From an uncultured bacterium (lineage in GTDB: Bacteria; Verrucomicrobiota; Verrucomicrobiia; Limisphaerales; UBA11358), in assembly GCA_963723125.1 (NCBI GenBank), contig CAVRPQ010000004.1, positions 3,908 to 67,907 of the forward strand: a stretch of DNA of 64,000 bases, in the 5' to 3' direction. This document shows, one piece after another, positions 18,300 through 26,820 of this stretch (positions are counted from its first letter, which is position 1; every line of letters starts with the position of its first letter). The notes under the pieces were generated by a model. The model was given only the letters and a program-made list of their open reading frames with translations. It was not told the origin of the DNA and ran no database searches. The position numbers were made by a program, and so were the translations under genes.

Positions 18300-19679
18300 T
18301 TACCTTTTCCATTCCTTGGGTGGCTCAATTCCCCATGCTTCTAAACGCGCAAGGTTGATGGCTTCACAGCGTTTCCAAGATTGATCTTTGACGTAACCCC
18401 AAAGTGCTTTGCCACTAACCAAATGCTTGGGTTTGGGACAGTCGGGCGGAGAATCATGCAATGTTGCTGCGCCCCAATGTGTGCCGTTGAGGTTTGCAAA
18501 GTCGGCGAAAAAATTGGGATGGCGACTGTCACTAGCTTTCAATTCTGCTTTGGCGTCTTCCAACTTGATTTCAATGCCTTCCCGGTCGGTTTTATCAGAA
18601 GGAACATCAGATTTTTTCTGTTCCTCTTTCGGTGGCGGGTATTTTCGCTTTTCCTTTTCGCTGACCCAAAAGCGATCCGGTTTGCTCTCAACTGGTGTTG
18701 CCTCCGACGGCTTTGCTGGTTGTTTTTTCCGTTTTTCCTTCTTGGTTTTTGGCTTTGGTGGCGAACCAAATTCCCGCTCGGAACGTAGGCGCGAATGGAT
18801 GCTCCAAACGCGTGCGTCGGCCACGGCGCGTAAGGCGAGGTTTACAGCAGCATTGACGTCAGAATGAATCAAGCGCGCTTGTTTCATCTGGTTTTCTTCC
18901 AGCGTCACACCGCAGAACTGGATGACCGGGCGCTGCTGTTTCGGATTCGCCGCGTCTTTGGCCGGGCGTTTGTAGGTCGCATCGAGATTGGCCATCGGGA
19001 CGAAGATGCTGCCTCCGGCCTCCGGCACAAGGAGTGTGTGAAACTTTTGACCCTTGGACTTTCCATCCCGGTTCTCGTTCGATTTGCGCACTTGTTCGAA
19101 AACAAGCTCCCATTGCTTAGACTTTTCCTCGCGCTTTTTCTTCTGTTCCGGCGTTTCCTTCGTTTCGTCCCCTGGCTTGCGGACTTTCCACTTCCACTTG
19201 GATTCAGACAGTGATTGTAACGAAAGCTCTGTTGCGCGGAAACCCGCCACACCCGTTCGGGAACAGAAGCGAGAGGAGTAAGCTGCCGGTGTTTCTACGA
19301 GCGGAATTCCAAACAGTTCGCACATCCCGCTCCCGTTAGCATCTTTGAGCTTATCTCGAATTGCCCGGTGACACCATTTCATCAGGCGGCTGTTTTCGCG
19401 CGGTGCGCGGCCTTGGGTGGTGCGATAGCGGCTCAAGTCTTCAATGACGATGAAATCCACGATGCCACGCCACTTGTTCCCTTTCTCCGCTTCCACAGGG
19501 TGTCCCTTGTCATCAATCTTCACATATTCCCCGTGACTGTCTTTAGCCTCGCGCATTGCGTGCTCCACGTCATCTTTGGGTTTGGCCTTTTCTTCCAGCC
19601 TCAAACCTAGCGCTTCGGCAAGAATCATGTGCGCAGTCTGGTTGCGCCGCTGTTCCTTTATGTCGTCGAGCTTGGCCAA
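18300..19679 (-). pseudogene. cas12b: Cas12b (C2c1)-like effector, C-terminal third only (RuvC-II, Nuc-like region, RuvC-III, C-terminal tail); 5' ~two-thirds of the gene absent
   Basis: DDIKEQRRNQTAHMILAEALG, FIVIEDLSRY (RuvC-II Glu), ENSRLMKWCHRAIRDKL, ETPAAYSSRFCSRTGVAGFRA and LIHSDVNAAVNLALRA (RuvC-III Asp) match my memory of AacCas12b (HAKEDRLKKLADRIIMEALG; LLEELSEY; ENNQLMQWSHRGV; MYAAFSSRFDARTGAPGIRC; HADLNAAQNL). There is no RuvC-I motif. The frame is closed by a stop at 19722-19724, the first start-like codon is TTG at 19679, and only ~200 bp separate it from rph. Confidence 0.75.
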
Positions 19680-19705
19680 AATCGTCGGGCATGGATCGGG
19701 AAAGT

Positions 19706-19831
19706 CATCAATACTTGAATGTCACTCACCGCGAAGCCGAGCAGCTTTGCTGTACCCGCGACATCCAGCCGTGCCGGCAAATGTCTTGCCGCCTATGTGG
19801 CCAGTACCGCTTGCGTCAGGGAGTCAGTCAT
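19706..19831 (-). pseudogene. Fragment (first ~42 codons, in-frame TAG at 19793-19795) of the MGE-type HTH gene, copy 3, abutting the cas12b truncation point
   Basis: My minus-strand translation MTDSLTQAVLAT*AARHLPARLDVAGTAKLLGFAVSDIQVLM aligns with copy 2 MSNEFKAVLDLAASLPTRVNKEMAAKYLGFKGDDITILI. Confidence 0.45.
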
Positions 19832-19923
19832 ATTCTGGTTTTTGGTCTCAGTTGCCAGCCGGGTCCATTTGCGTTGGTTTTGCTTTTCCTTGAAGCCGTT
19901 CGCGTCTAGTATCGCCAGCGTTT

Positions 19924-20661
19924 ATGGCAGAACCCACTCGCGCCGACGGGCGCACCGCAAAGGAACTTCGCCCGTTGCGCTTTCAAAACCACATCGCGCC
20001 GCATGCCGCCGGCTCCACGCTCATCGAATGGGGCAATACGCGCGTCATTTGCGGTGTGACCATCGAGGAAGTCGTGCCGCGCTGGATGAAGGAGCAAAAC
20101 GTCAAGGGCGGCTGGATCACCGCCGAGTATTCCATGCTCCCCTATTCCACCCTGGAACGCAAACCGCGCGACGCCAGCCGCGGAAAAATTGACGGGCGGG
20201 CACAGGAAATCCAGCGGCTCATTGGCCGCGCCCTGCGCGCGGTGATTGACCTGGAAAAACTCGGCGAACGCACGGTTTGGGTGGATTGCGACGTGCTCCA
20301 AGCCGACGGCGGCACGCGCACTGCCGCCATCACCGGCGCCTACGTGGCGTTGTGCATCGCCATCCGGCGATTGATTGCCTCCGGCAAGGTGACGGACAAT
20401 CCCATTCTCCATGCCGTCGCCGCCGCCAGCGTGGGCATCGTGAACAACCAGCCCTTGCTGGATCTTTGTTACACCGAGGACGTGGCGGCGGCCGTGGACA
20501 TGAACCTGGTGATGAATTCCGCCGGCGAATTCATTGAGCTTCAAGGCACGGGCGAGCAGGCCACCTTCACCGAGTCACAACTGGCCGATTTGCTCGCGCT
20601 TGGCAAGACCGGCATCCGTAAATTGCTCACCGCACAAGAGGAAGCGTTGGCAGCAGCCTGA
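19924..20661 (+). CDS. rph: Ribonuclease PH
   Basis: 245 aa: RADGRTAKELRPLRF..GSTLIEWGNTRVICGV..DCDVLQADGGTRTAAITGAYVAL. Confidence 0.93.
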   Translation: MAEPTRADGRTAKELRPLRFQNHIAPHAAGSTLIEWGNTRVICGVTIEEVVPRWMKEQNVKGGWITAEYSMLPYSTLERKPRDASRGKIDGRAQEIQRLIGRALRAVIDLEKLGERTVWVDCDVLQADGGTRTAAITGAYVALCIAIRRLIASGKVTDNPILHAVAAASVGIVNNQPLLDLCYTEDVAAAVDMNLVMNSAGEFIELQGTGEQATFTESQLADLLALGKTGIRKLLTAQEEALAAA

Positions 20662-20667
20662 TTCACC

Positions 20668-21333
20668 GTGGGCAAGGTTTCTTCAAAGATTTCCCGGCGA
20701 AAAAGCAGGCCGTCGCCACCGACGCGATTGCTGCTGATTCGCCACGCTGAAATCGAGCGGCGTTATCAGCGCGCGTTTGGCGGACGGCTGGACATCAATC
20801 TCTCGGCCCGAGGCCGTGCTCAGGCCCGAACACTCGCCAATTTTCTGCGCGCCAAAAAAATCACTGCGATTTACGCCAGCCCGATGAAGCGCGTGCAGCA
20901 AACGCTCGCGCCGTTCCTGAAAAACGGCGCGCCGGACCAGACCGTTCTGCCCGGATTGCAAGAGGTGGATTTCGGCGACTGGTCGGGATACACGTGGACT
21001 GAAGTGCGCGAGAAATTCGGCGTCCACCCCTACGATTGGCTGGACGAGATTGAACTGGGGGCGGTGCCGAACGGAGAAACCGGCGTCCAATTCCGCGCCC
21101 GCGTCGAGGCGTGCCTGTTTAAAATCATCCGCCACCACCCGGGTGAAACCATCGCCATTTTCTGCCACGGCGGGGTCATCCGCATGATGCTCTCGATTTT
21201 GCTCGACCTGCCGTTGCCAAAGACCAATTCGTTCGAAATCGAATATACCAGCGTCACGCAAGTCGCCCTGCACACGGGACTGAACGAAATCGAGCTGCTC
21301 AACTTCACGCCCTGGCGTGATTGGGTGCGATGA
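20668..21333 (+). CDS. Histidine phosphatase family protein (phosphoglycerate mutase-like)
   Basis: LLLIRHAE (RHG motif), SPMKRVQQT, FCHGGVIR. GTG start. Confidence 0.75.
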   Translation: MGKVSSKISRRKSRPSPPTRLLLIRHAEIERRYQRAFGGRLDINLSARGRAQARTLANFLRAKKITAIYASPMKRVQQTLAPFLKNGAPDQTVLPGLQEVDFGDWSGYTWTEVREKFGVHPYDWLDEIELGAVPNGETGVQFRARVEACLFKIIRHHPGETIAIFCHGGVIRMMLSILLDLPLPKTNSFEIEYTSVTQVALHTGLNEIELLNFTPWRDWVR

Positions 21334-21441
21334 AACGTAGCCGATTTTGGAAGGTGGGGCGAGACTCCCGGCGAGCCGGGGCATGGCTTGATTTTCCGGC
21401 TTTCGGCTCGCGAGGACGCTCGCCCCACCGCCGGGCAAGTC

Positions 21442-22395
21442 ATGAAATCATTTAGACAACTCTGGCGCATTTCCGTCACCACGACGCCCGAGGCGGAAGA
21501 CGCCGTCGCTGAATTGTTAAGCACCGTCCTCAACCTGCCGGCGTCGGCTTATTTCGACATCGAAACCGGCATCAGCACGGTGACAGTTTATCTCCAACGG
21601 ATACCACATTTGCCGGGGAAAATCCGCGCGGAGATTTCCGCGGCACTGGGGCAAATTGAAGGCTGTGGATTGAAAATGGATCCCGGCAAAATCGTGATGG
21701 CAAAGGTGCGGCGGGAAAACTGGGCCGAATCCTGGAAGCGGCATTTCAAGCCTATAGAAATCGGTGATGCCTTGCTGATCAAACCAAGCTGGAGCAAGCG
21801 CAAGGCGCAGAAAGGCCAAGCGGAGATTGTGCTGGATCCCGGCCTGAGCTTCGGCACCGGCCATCATCCAACGACGGCATTCTGTCTCAGCGAAATTGTA
21901 CGATTCCAAAAAGGTGGGGACAGTGCGCCGCGCTGTCCGGACGGCCCGGCGAGCCATCCCTGCCTTAAAACGCCATCATTTCTCGATCTTGGCACTGGCT
22001 CCGGGATTCTGGCGATTGCGGCGGCTAAACTGGGATATTCGCCTGTGTTCGCCATGGATTTTGACCCGGAAGCAGTTCGCGCCGTCCGCACCAATGCCCG
22101 TGTCAACCGCGTCCGGCAAAAGTTAACTATCCGGCAAGGCGAAGTGGCGAAACTGCCGGTCGGGCCCCGGCGACAATATGATTTGGTCTGCGCAAACCTG
22201 ATTTCCAATCTGCTGATGACGGAGCGGTGCCGGATTGTGGCGCACGTGAACCCCGCCGGGACGCTCGTGCTGGCAGGCATTTTGAAGCCGGAATTCGGAG
22301 AAATCGAAAAGGCTTATCAAACCCTGGGATTAAGGTTGGTTTCCCATTGGGATGAAAAGGAATGGCGCTCGGGTTCGTTCCGTTTTGGCAGTTGA
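21442..22395 (+). CDS. prmA: Ribosomal protein L11 methyltransferase
   Basis: ENWAESWKRHFKPIEIG, LDPGLSFGTGHHPTT, LDLGTGSGILAIAAAKLG, DFDPEAV. Confidence 0.85.
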   Translation: MKSFRQLWRISVTTTPEAEDAVAELLSTVLNLPASAYFDIETGISTVTVYLQRIPHLPGKIRAEISAALGQIEGCGLKMDPGKIVMAKVRRENWAESWKRHFKPIEIGDALLIKPSWSKRKAQKGQAEIVLDPGLSFGTGHHPTTAFCLSEIVRFQKGGDSAPRCPDGPASHPCLKTPSFLDLGTGSGILAIAAAKLGYSPVFAMDFDPEAVRAVRTNARVNRVRQKLTIRQGEVAKLPVGPRRQYDLVCANLISNLLMTERCRIVAHVNPAGTLVLAGILKPEFGEIEKAYQTLGLRLVSHWDEKEWRSGSFRFGS

Positions 22396-22519
22396 AGATT
22401 TTTTTTGAACGGCGGAATCAGAGAGTCAGTCTGATTTAGTGAAGTCGTAAAAGTTTTAGCCGGGTTAATGGGAATTGGCATTCTTTACGCTGCGAGTCCG
22501 GGGGAGAAAGGAAACAGTT

Positions 22520-22684
22520 ATGATGAAGACATTGGAAGTCATCGGCGAAGCAGTTCGCAACCCCAAATATTCATTCCGCAAAGCGGAGCATCAGCCGAAA
22601 AAAGAGCGGAAACACCGCTACGAACGGCGAAAAATCAAGGAATACATTCATCTTGGCGAATGGTTGGCCGAAGAATTGGCCTAG
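22520..22684 (+). CDS. small basic hypothetical protein (54 aa)
   Basis: ATG preceded by GGGGAGAAAGGAAACAGTT (Shine-Dalgarno-like). Lys/Arg-rich, with no known motif. Confidence 0.3.
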   Translation: MMKTLEVIGEAVRNPKYSFRKAEHQPKKERKHRYERRKIKEYIHLGEWLAEELA

Positions 22685-22753
22685 GGCCGGTTTTGGACAG
22701 CCTGTTCATAAAGAACCAGTTAGATTCAGCCGAATCTAGCGGATGAGGTAAAA

Positions 22754-23215
22754 TTACCGTTGGCAGGCCGGACAGATTCCAAAAAATTCCAGTTTGTGCG
22801 TCACGGCTTTAAAGCCGTTCCGCGTGGCAATACGTGATTCAATTTCACGGAGGAAACATTCGTCAATTTCCACCACTCCTGCGCAACGCGTGCAAATCAG
22901 ATGATGGTGATGTCCATCATCGCCCTCGCCGACGAGTTCAAACCGTGCGGCGCCGTCGCCGAAATCAAACCGCTTCACCATCCCCATTTCCTCGAGCAGG
23001 TGCATGGCGCGATAAATCGTGGCCAGATCACAACGGCCCCTGGGCAAGACGGCAAAGATTTCCCGATTGGTCATCGGATGTGGATGCCGCCGCAGAATCT
23101 CCAGAATGGCCTGGCGTGGGCCGGTAATCCTTCGTAATTGTCCGCGCAGGCGGCCGGTTAAAGCCGACAATTCCTGCCGTCTGTGCGCGCGGCCATGGGC
23201 GGACGTCTTCATCAC
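22754..23215 (-). CDS. Fur-family metalloregulator (context suggests Zur)
   Basis: ILEILRRHPHPMTNREIF..DLATIYRAMHLLEEMGMV..HHHHLICTRCAGVVEI..ICPAC (winged helix plus HHHH and CxxC metal sites). Confidence 0.8.
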   Translation of the reverse strand: MMKTSAHGRAHRRQELSALTGRLRGQLRRITGPRQAILEILRRHPHPMTNREIFAVLPRGRCDLATIYRAMHLLEEMGMVKRFDFGDGAARFELVGEGDDGHHHHLICTRCAGVVEIDECFLREIESRIATRNGFKAVTHKLEFFGICPACQR

Positions 23216-23333
23216 GCTTCAAAAATCACACGGACAATACCGAAAATCAAGCCGGCACTCAATTGCAAATTGATTGCATTTGTTTTCGCAAAAAACCGTC
23301 CTCGTCCGGGCGGGGTGAAACGGCGAAAGCCGG

Positions 23334-23591
23334 TTACTTCATCAGCAACATCTGACGCGCGCGTTTGATGGCGCTGGTCAGGCGGCGCTGGTAATGCGCC
23401 GGCAGGCCGGTGTACTTGCGGGGCAGGATGCGGCCCTGGTCGGTCACGAATTGCCGGAGCAGATTGGTGTTCTTGAAATCAAGGGCATCGGCGGTGAAGT
23501 CAATTTTCGGTTTCGGACGCACCGTGCGGGATTCCATCGTACGGCGCGACCCGCGGCGATCCGATTTGTCGGTATTGGTTCGGCGGGGCAT
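23334..23591 (-). CDS. rpsR: 30S ribosomal protein S18
   Basis: DFKNTNLLRQFVTDQGRILPRKYTGLPAHYQRRLTSAIKRARQMLLM. Confidence 0.9.
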   Translation of the reverse strand: MPRRTNTDKSDRRGSRRTMESRTVRPKPKIDFTADALDFKNTNLLRQFVTDQGRILPRKYTGLPAHYQRRLTSAIKRARQMLLMK

Positions 23592-23593
23592 GG

Positions 23594-23761
23594 TTATTTG
23601 ATTTCGCGGTGCAGCGTGTGGCGGCGCAACGCCGGGTTGTATTTTCTAATTTCCAGTTTCTCCGTCTGCAACTTCTTGTTGCGGGTGGTGGTGTAGCGCG
23701 ACGGTGATTTGCCTTGCTTCCGCGCCTCGGTGCATTCAATGGTAATGATTTCGCGCGGCAT
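23594..23761 (-). CDS. rpmG: 50S ribosomal protein L33, C-minus (zinc-ribbon cysteines lost)
   Basis: Not in the ORF track (55 aa). My translation: [55 protein letters not shown]. Only 1 of the 4 Cys of C-plus L33 (CTEC..YCP..) is retained. Confidence 0.85.
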   Translation of the reverse strand: MPREIITIECTEARKQGKSPSRYTTTRNKKLQTEKLEIRKYNPALRRHTLHREIK

Positions 23762-23764
23762 AAA

Positions 23765-24373
23765 TTATTCCTTTTCCTTGGTCTTCTCCTCGATCTCTTC
23801 CTCCTCGCCGTCCACTTCCGTGACCCCGGCGCTGTCAATCGTGCCCAACTGGCCGAGCCGGCGCGAACGCAAGGCGCCTTCGCGTTCCAACTGCGCCTGG
23901 GCCTCGACCGTGAAGCGCGTCCACGGAATCGCCTCCAGGCGCGCCTTGGGAATTGCTTTCCCGGTCAATTCGCAGATGCCATAGGTCTTCTTCTCGATGC
24001 GCTTGAGGGCCTCCTCAATTTCATAAACAGCGTCCTGGTCCGACGACAGCAGGCTCAGGGCAAAATCGCGGTCGAAATTGTCCGTGCCGGAATCCGCCAT
24101 GTGCAGGCTGTAGCCCGGCATTTCCTGGGCGGACTCCTTGGCCAGCCCGTTCATCTGGTGGCGCAACTGGTCGCGCAATTCCAACAGCCGGTTGTAATAC
24201 TTCTGCCATTCAGGCTTGATCCGTTTTGGCGCGGCGACCGTTCTGGTCTTCGACACCGTATGGCCGAGGATGGCTGCCGCCGTCGGCGAAATTGTCGTAT
24301 TGCCGCGTGGCGTTCCCGTGTTGTTTTCTTTCTTCTTCGTTGTCACAGTTAAAATTGATTTTCCGGCTTTCAA
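23765..24373 (-). CDS. DksA/TraR-family regulator lacking the Cys4 zinc finger (DksA2-like)
   Basis: The C-terminus YGICELTGKAIPKARLEAIPWTRFTVEAQ aligns with E. coli DksA CESCG..RLEARP..LCIDC. The four Cys positions read C/T/T/A. Confidence 0.7.
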   Translation of the reverse strand: MKAGKSILTVTTKKKENNTGTPRGNTTISPTAAAILGHTVSKTRTVAAPKRIKPEWQKYYNRLLELRDQLRHQMNGLAKESAQEMPGYSLHMADSGTDNFDRDFALSLLSSDQDAVYEIEEALKRIEKKTYGICELTGKAIPKARLEAIPWTRFTVEAQAQLEREGALRSRRLGQLGTIDSAGVTEVDGEEEEIEEKTKEKE

Positions 24374-24431
24374 AGCAACTTCCGGTCCATTAAAGGCGCG
24401 GGAATGTAACAGAGGAAAGTAAATACGCCAT

Positions 24432-24450
24432 AAAAATCTTCAAGAATTTT
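24432..24450. promoter_or_regulatory. 19-bp AT-rich inverted repeat AAAAATCTT-C-AAGAATTTT, a candidate Fur/Zur-type operator upstream of the dksA-like gene
   Basis: 8 of 9 arm complementarity. It lies 59-77 bp upstream of the 24373 start, in the folE2-dksA gap. Confidence 0.25.
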
Positions 24451-24465
24451 CGGCGGTGGTGGAAA

Positions 24466-25299
24466 TCAGCCTTTCTCAATGCACGCGTAGGCGTTGTGAT
24501 TATGGATGCTCTCGAAGTTTTCCGCCTCCACCTTGTACCATTTCACCTGCGGATGCGCGTTGAGCTTCACCGCCACATTGCGCACCAAATCCTCCACGAA
24601 CACCGGGTTTTCATAGGCGCGCTCCGTCACCGCCTTTTCGTCCTGACGCTTGAGCAGCGCGTAAAGTTCCGAACTCGCCGAGCTTTCAATCATCATCACC
24701 ACATCCTCAATCCAGACCGGCTTGATGAACCGCAACGCCACCGTCACCAGCCCACGCTGGTTGTGCGCGCCGTATTTCGCAATCGCCTTCGAACAGGGAC
24801 ACAGCGTCGTGACGTGCGCCTTCACCGTTAGGACGAAATCAATCCCGCCGTTGACGGCCGCCGCGTCGAACCGCGCTATATAATCCATCAGGCTTTCCCC
24901 GCGCGACACCGGCGATCGCTTGGACATGAAATACGGAAACTCGATTTCGATGTGCGACGTCGAGGCATTCAGTTGCTGCTGCAATGAGCGCAGGATGTCC
25001 GGGATGTTCTCCACGTGAATGACGTTGCCGTGCGCATTGAGCACCTCGATGAACCGGCTCATGTGGGTGCCCTTGAATTCCTTCGGCAAATCCACAAACA
25101 TGCCGATGGTGGCCACCGTGTTTTGCACGCTGTGCGCCTTGTCACGCACCTGGATGGGAAAGCGCAGATTACGGACGCCGACCTTGTCTATCCGCAACTC
25201 GCGGTAGTCGCGCCGGCTCTGCATGTCGTGCAACTTATCCGCCGCCGCCACCTTCCGCGCGACGCGGTGGGCGCTGTCGTTTCGGCTGATCTTGAGCAT
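24466..25299 (-). CDS. folE2: GTP cyclohydrolase IB (FolE2/MptA family)
   Basis: GVRNLRFPIQV, KGTHMSRFIEVLN, TTLCPCSKAIAKYGAHNQRG. Confidence 0.85.
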   Translation of the reverse strand: MLKISRNDSAHRVARKVAAADKLHDMQSRRDYRELRIDKVGVRNLRFPIQVRDKAHSVQNTVATIGMFVDLPKEFKGTHMSRFIEVLNAHGNVIHVENIPDILRSLQQQLNASTSHIEIEFPYFMSKRSPVSRGESLMDYIARFDAAAVNGGIDFVLTVKAHVTTLCPCSKAIAKYGAHNQRGLVTVALRFIKPVWIEDVVMMIESSASSELYALLKRQDEKAVTERAYENPVFVEDLVRNVAVKLNAHPQVKWYKVEAENFESIHNHNAYACIEKG

Positions 25300-25444
25300 G
25301 GGAAGAAACTAGCAGCTTTAAGGAATTTCGCAAAATGGAATCATTGGGAAAGGTTGTTGCCTCGACGACTGCAAGCCTGGGACGGCGGCACGTCGCCCCT
25401 CCCAAAACGCTGGACAAGCGACCGCGAAAATTTAATTTCCTGTC

Positions 25445-25810
25445 ATGGCCATCACCCGGGAATCTGCGGCATCGTTCGCCGCGGAATGGATTGCAGCCTG
25501 GAACGCACACGATTTGCCGCGCGTGCTTTCGCATTACACCGATGATTTTGAAATGAGCTCGCCGTTCATTGTCGAAATCGCCGGTCAACCTTCCGGTTGT
25601 TTGCAGGGAAAGGAAAAAGTGCGCGCCTACTGGCAGGCGGCTTTGAAGAAAAATCCCGGATTGCACTTCGAATTGCTGAATGTTTTCACCGGCGCAAACA
25701 GCATCGTACTGCACTACCGCCGAAATTTCGGCCAACCGGGGGCGGAAGTGTTCTGTTTCAACAAGCAAGGCTTGGTTTATCGGGCGGCGGCGCATTACCT
25801 GGAAAAGTAG
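25445..25810 (+). CDS. SnoaL-like / NTF2-fold protein
   Basis: 121 aa. AAEWIAAWNAHDLPRVLSHYTDDFEMSSP is the typical SnoaL_2 N-terminus. Confidence 0.6.
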   Translation: MAITRESAASFAAEWIAAWNAHDLPRVLSHYTDDFEMSSPFIVEIAGQPSGCLQGKEKVRAYWQAALKKNPGLHFELLNVFTGANSIVLHYRRNFGQPGAEVFCFNKQGLVYRAAAHYLEK

Positions 25811-25813
25811 CCC

Positions 25814-26743
25814 ATGCGCCAACACCACTCCTTCCGGTTCATCCTGTCTCTGCTCGCGCTGTTGTGTTCCCCCGCCCTCGCCGCGGACAGTTTCCGGGTC
25901 GCTACTTACAACGTGGAAAATTATCTGGACCAAGCGACGGAATCGCGTCCGCAACCCAAATCCGCCGCCGCCAGGGCCAGGGTCCGTGAAAGCATCCGCG
26001 CGCTGAATCCCGACGTGCTCGCATTGGAGGAAATGGGGCAACTGAGCGCGCTCATGGAACTGCGCAGCTCGCTGAAAGCCGAAGGCCTGGACTTTCCCTA
26101 TTGGGAATTGGTCAGCGGCGAGGACACAAACGTCCACGTGGCCGTGTTGAGCAAATTGCCCATCGTCGCGCGCCGACCGCACACGAACGAAACTTACCTG
26201 CTTGATGGCCGCCGTTTTCGCGTTAGCCGCGGTCTTGCCGAACTGGACATCCGGGCTGCGCCCGACTTCACCTTCACGCTCATCGCCGCGCATTTGAAAT
26301 CGCGCCGGCCCGTGCCCGAAGCCGACGAAGCCGAACAACGCCTTCAGGAAGCAAAAATCCTACGCGGAATTGTGGACAAGGATTTAGCCGCCCATCCGAA
26401 TGCCCGATTGATTGTACTGGGCGATTTCAATGACGTGAAGGATTCTGATTCCACCAAAGCAATCATCGGCCGCGGAAGGTTCAGGCTGGTGGACACGCGT
26501 CCTGCCGAGCGCGACGGCGACAATGCGCCCGCTGAAAACGCGTGGTTCGAACCGCGCGACATCACCTGGACACATTATTACGGCAAGGAAGACACCTACA
26601 GCCGCATTGATTACATCCTGCTCAGTTCCGCGATGGCGCGCGCGTGGGACAAGAGCAACACTTATGTGCTGACTTTGCCGAATTGGGGGGTGGCTTCGGA
26701 CCATCGGACCATCGTCGCGACGTTCAAGGTGGGAAATAACTGA
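25814..26743 (+). CDS. Endonuclease/exonuclease/phosphatase (EEP) family protein, secreted
   Basis: Signal peptide, then FRVATYNVENY, LALEEMG, VLGDFND, SRIDYILLS, ASDHRTIV. Confidence 0.75.
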   Translation: MRQHHSFRFILSLLALLCSPALAADSFRVATYNVENYLDQATESRPQPKSAAARARVRESIRALNPDVLALEEMGQLSALMELRSSLKAEGLDFPYWELVSGEDTNVHVAVLSKLPIVARRPHTNETYLLDGRRFRVSRGLAELDIRAAPDFTFTLIAAHLKSRRPVPEADEAEQRLQEAKILRGIVDKDLAAHPNARLIVLGDFNDVKDSDSTKAIIGRGRFRLVDTRPAERDGDNAPAENAWFEPRDITWTHYYGKEDTYSRIDYILLSSAMARAWDKSNTYVLTLPNWGVASDHRTIVATFKVGNN

Positions 26744-26820
26744 AATGCAATACGACAAGGATTATGCTAAAACCATTCTCGACCAGGTTTTCACGGCATG
26801 TCATCCACAAATCCGAACCG

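Noticed and set aside
18300-19679. Possibility that the 459-aa protein is a complete miniature effector (Cas12f/TnpB-like)
   Set aside because: No RuvC-I aspartate motif precedes the RuvC-II FIVIEDLS. The N-terminus aligns with the middle of Cas12b and the frame is closed 14 codons upstream. It therefore looks like a truncation rather than a compact nuclease.
23258-23280. CAATTGCAAATTGATTGCATTTG upstream of the Fur-family gene, considered as an autoregulatory box
   Set aside because: Only 5-bp arms are truly complementary, and the direct ATTGCA repeats are weak. There was not enough support to call it.
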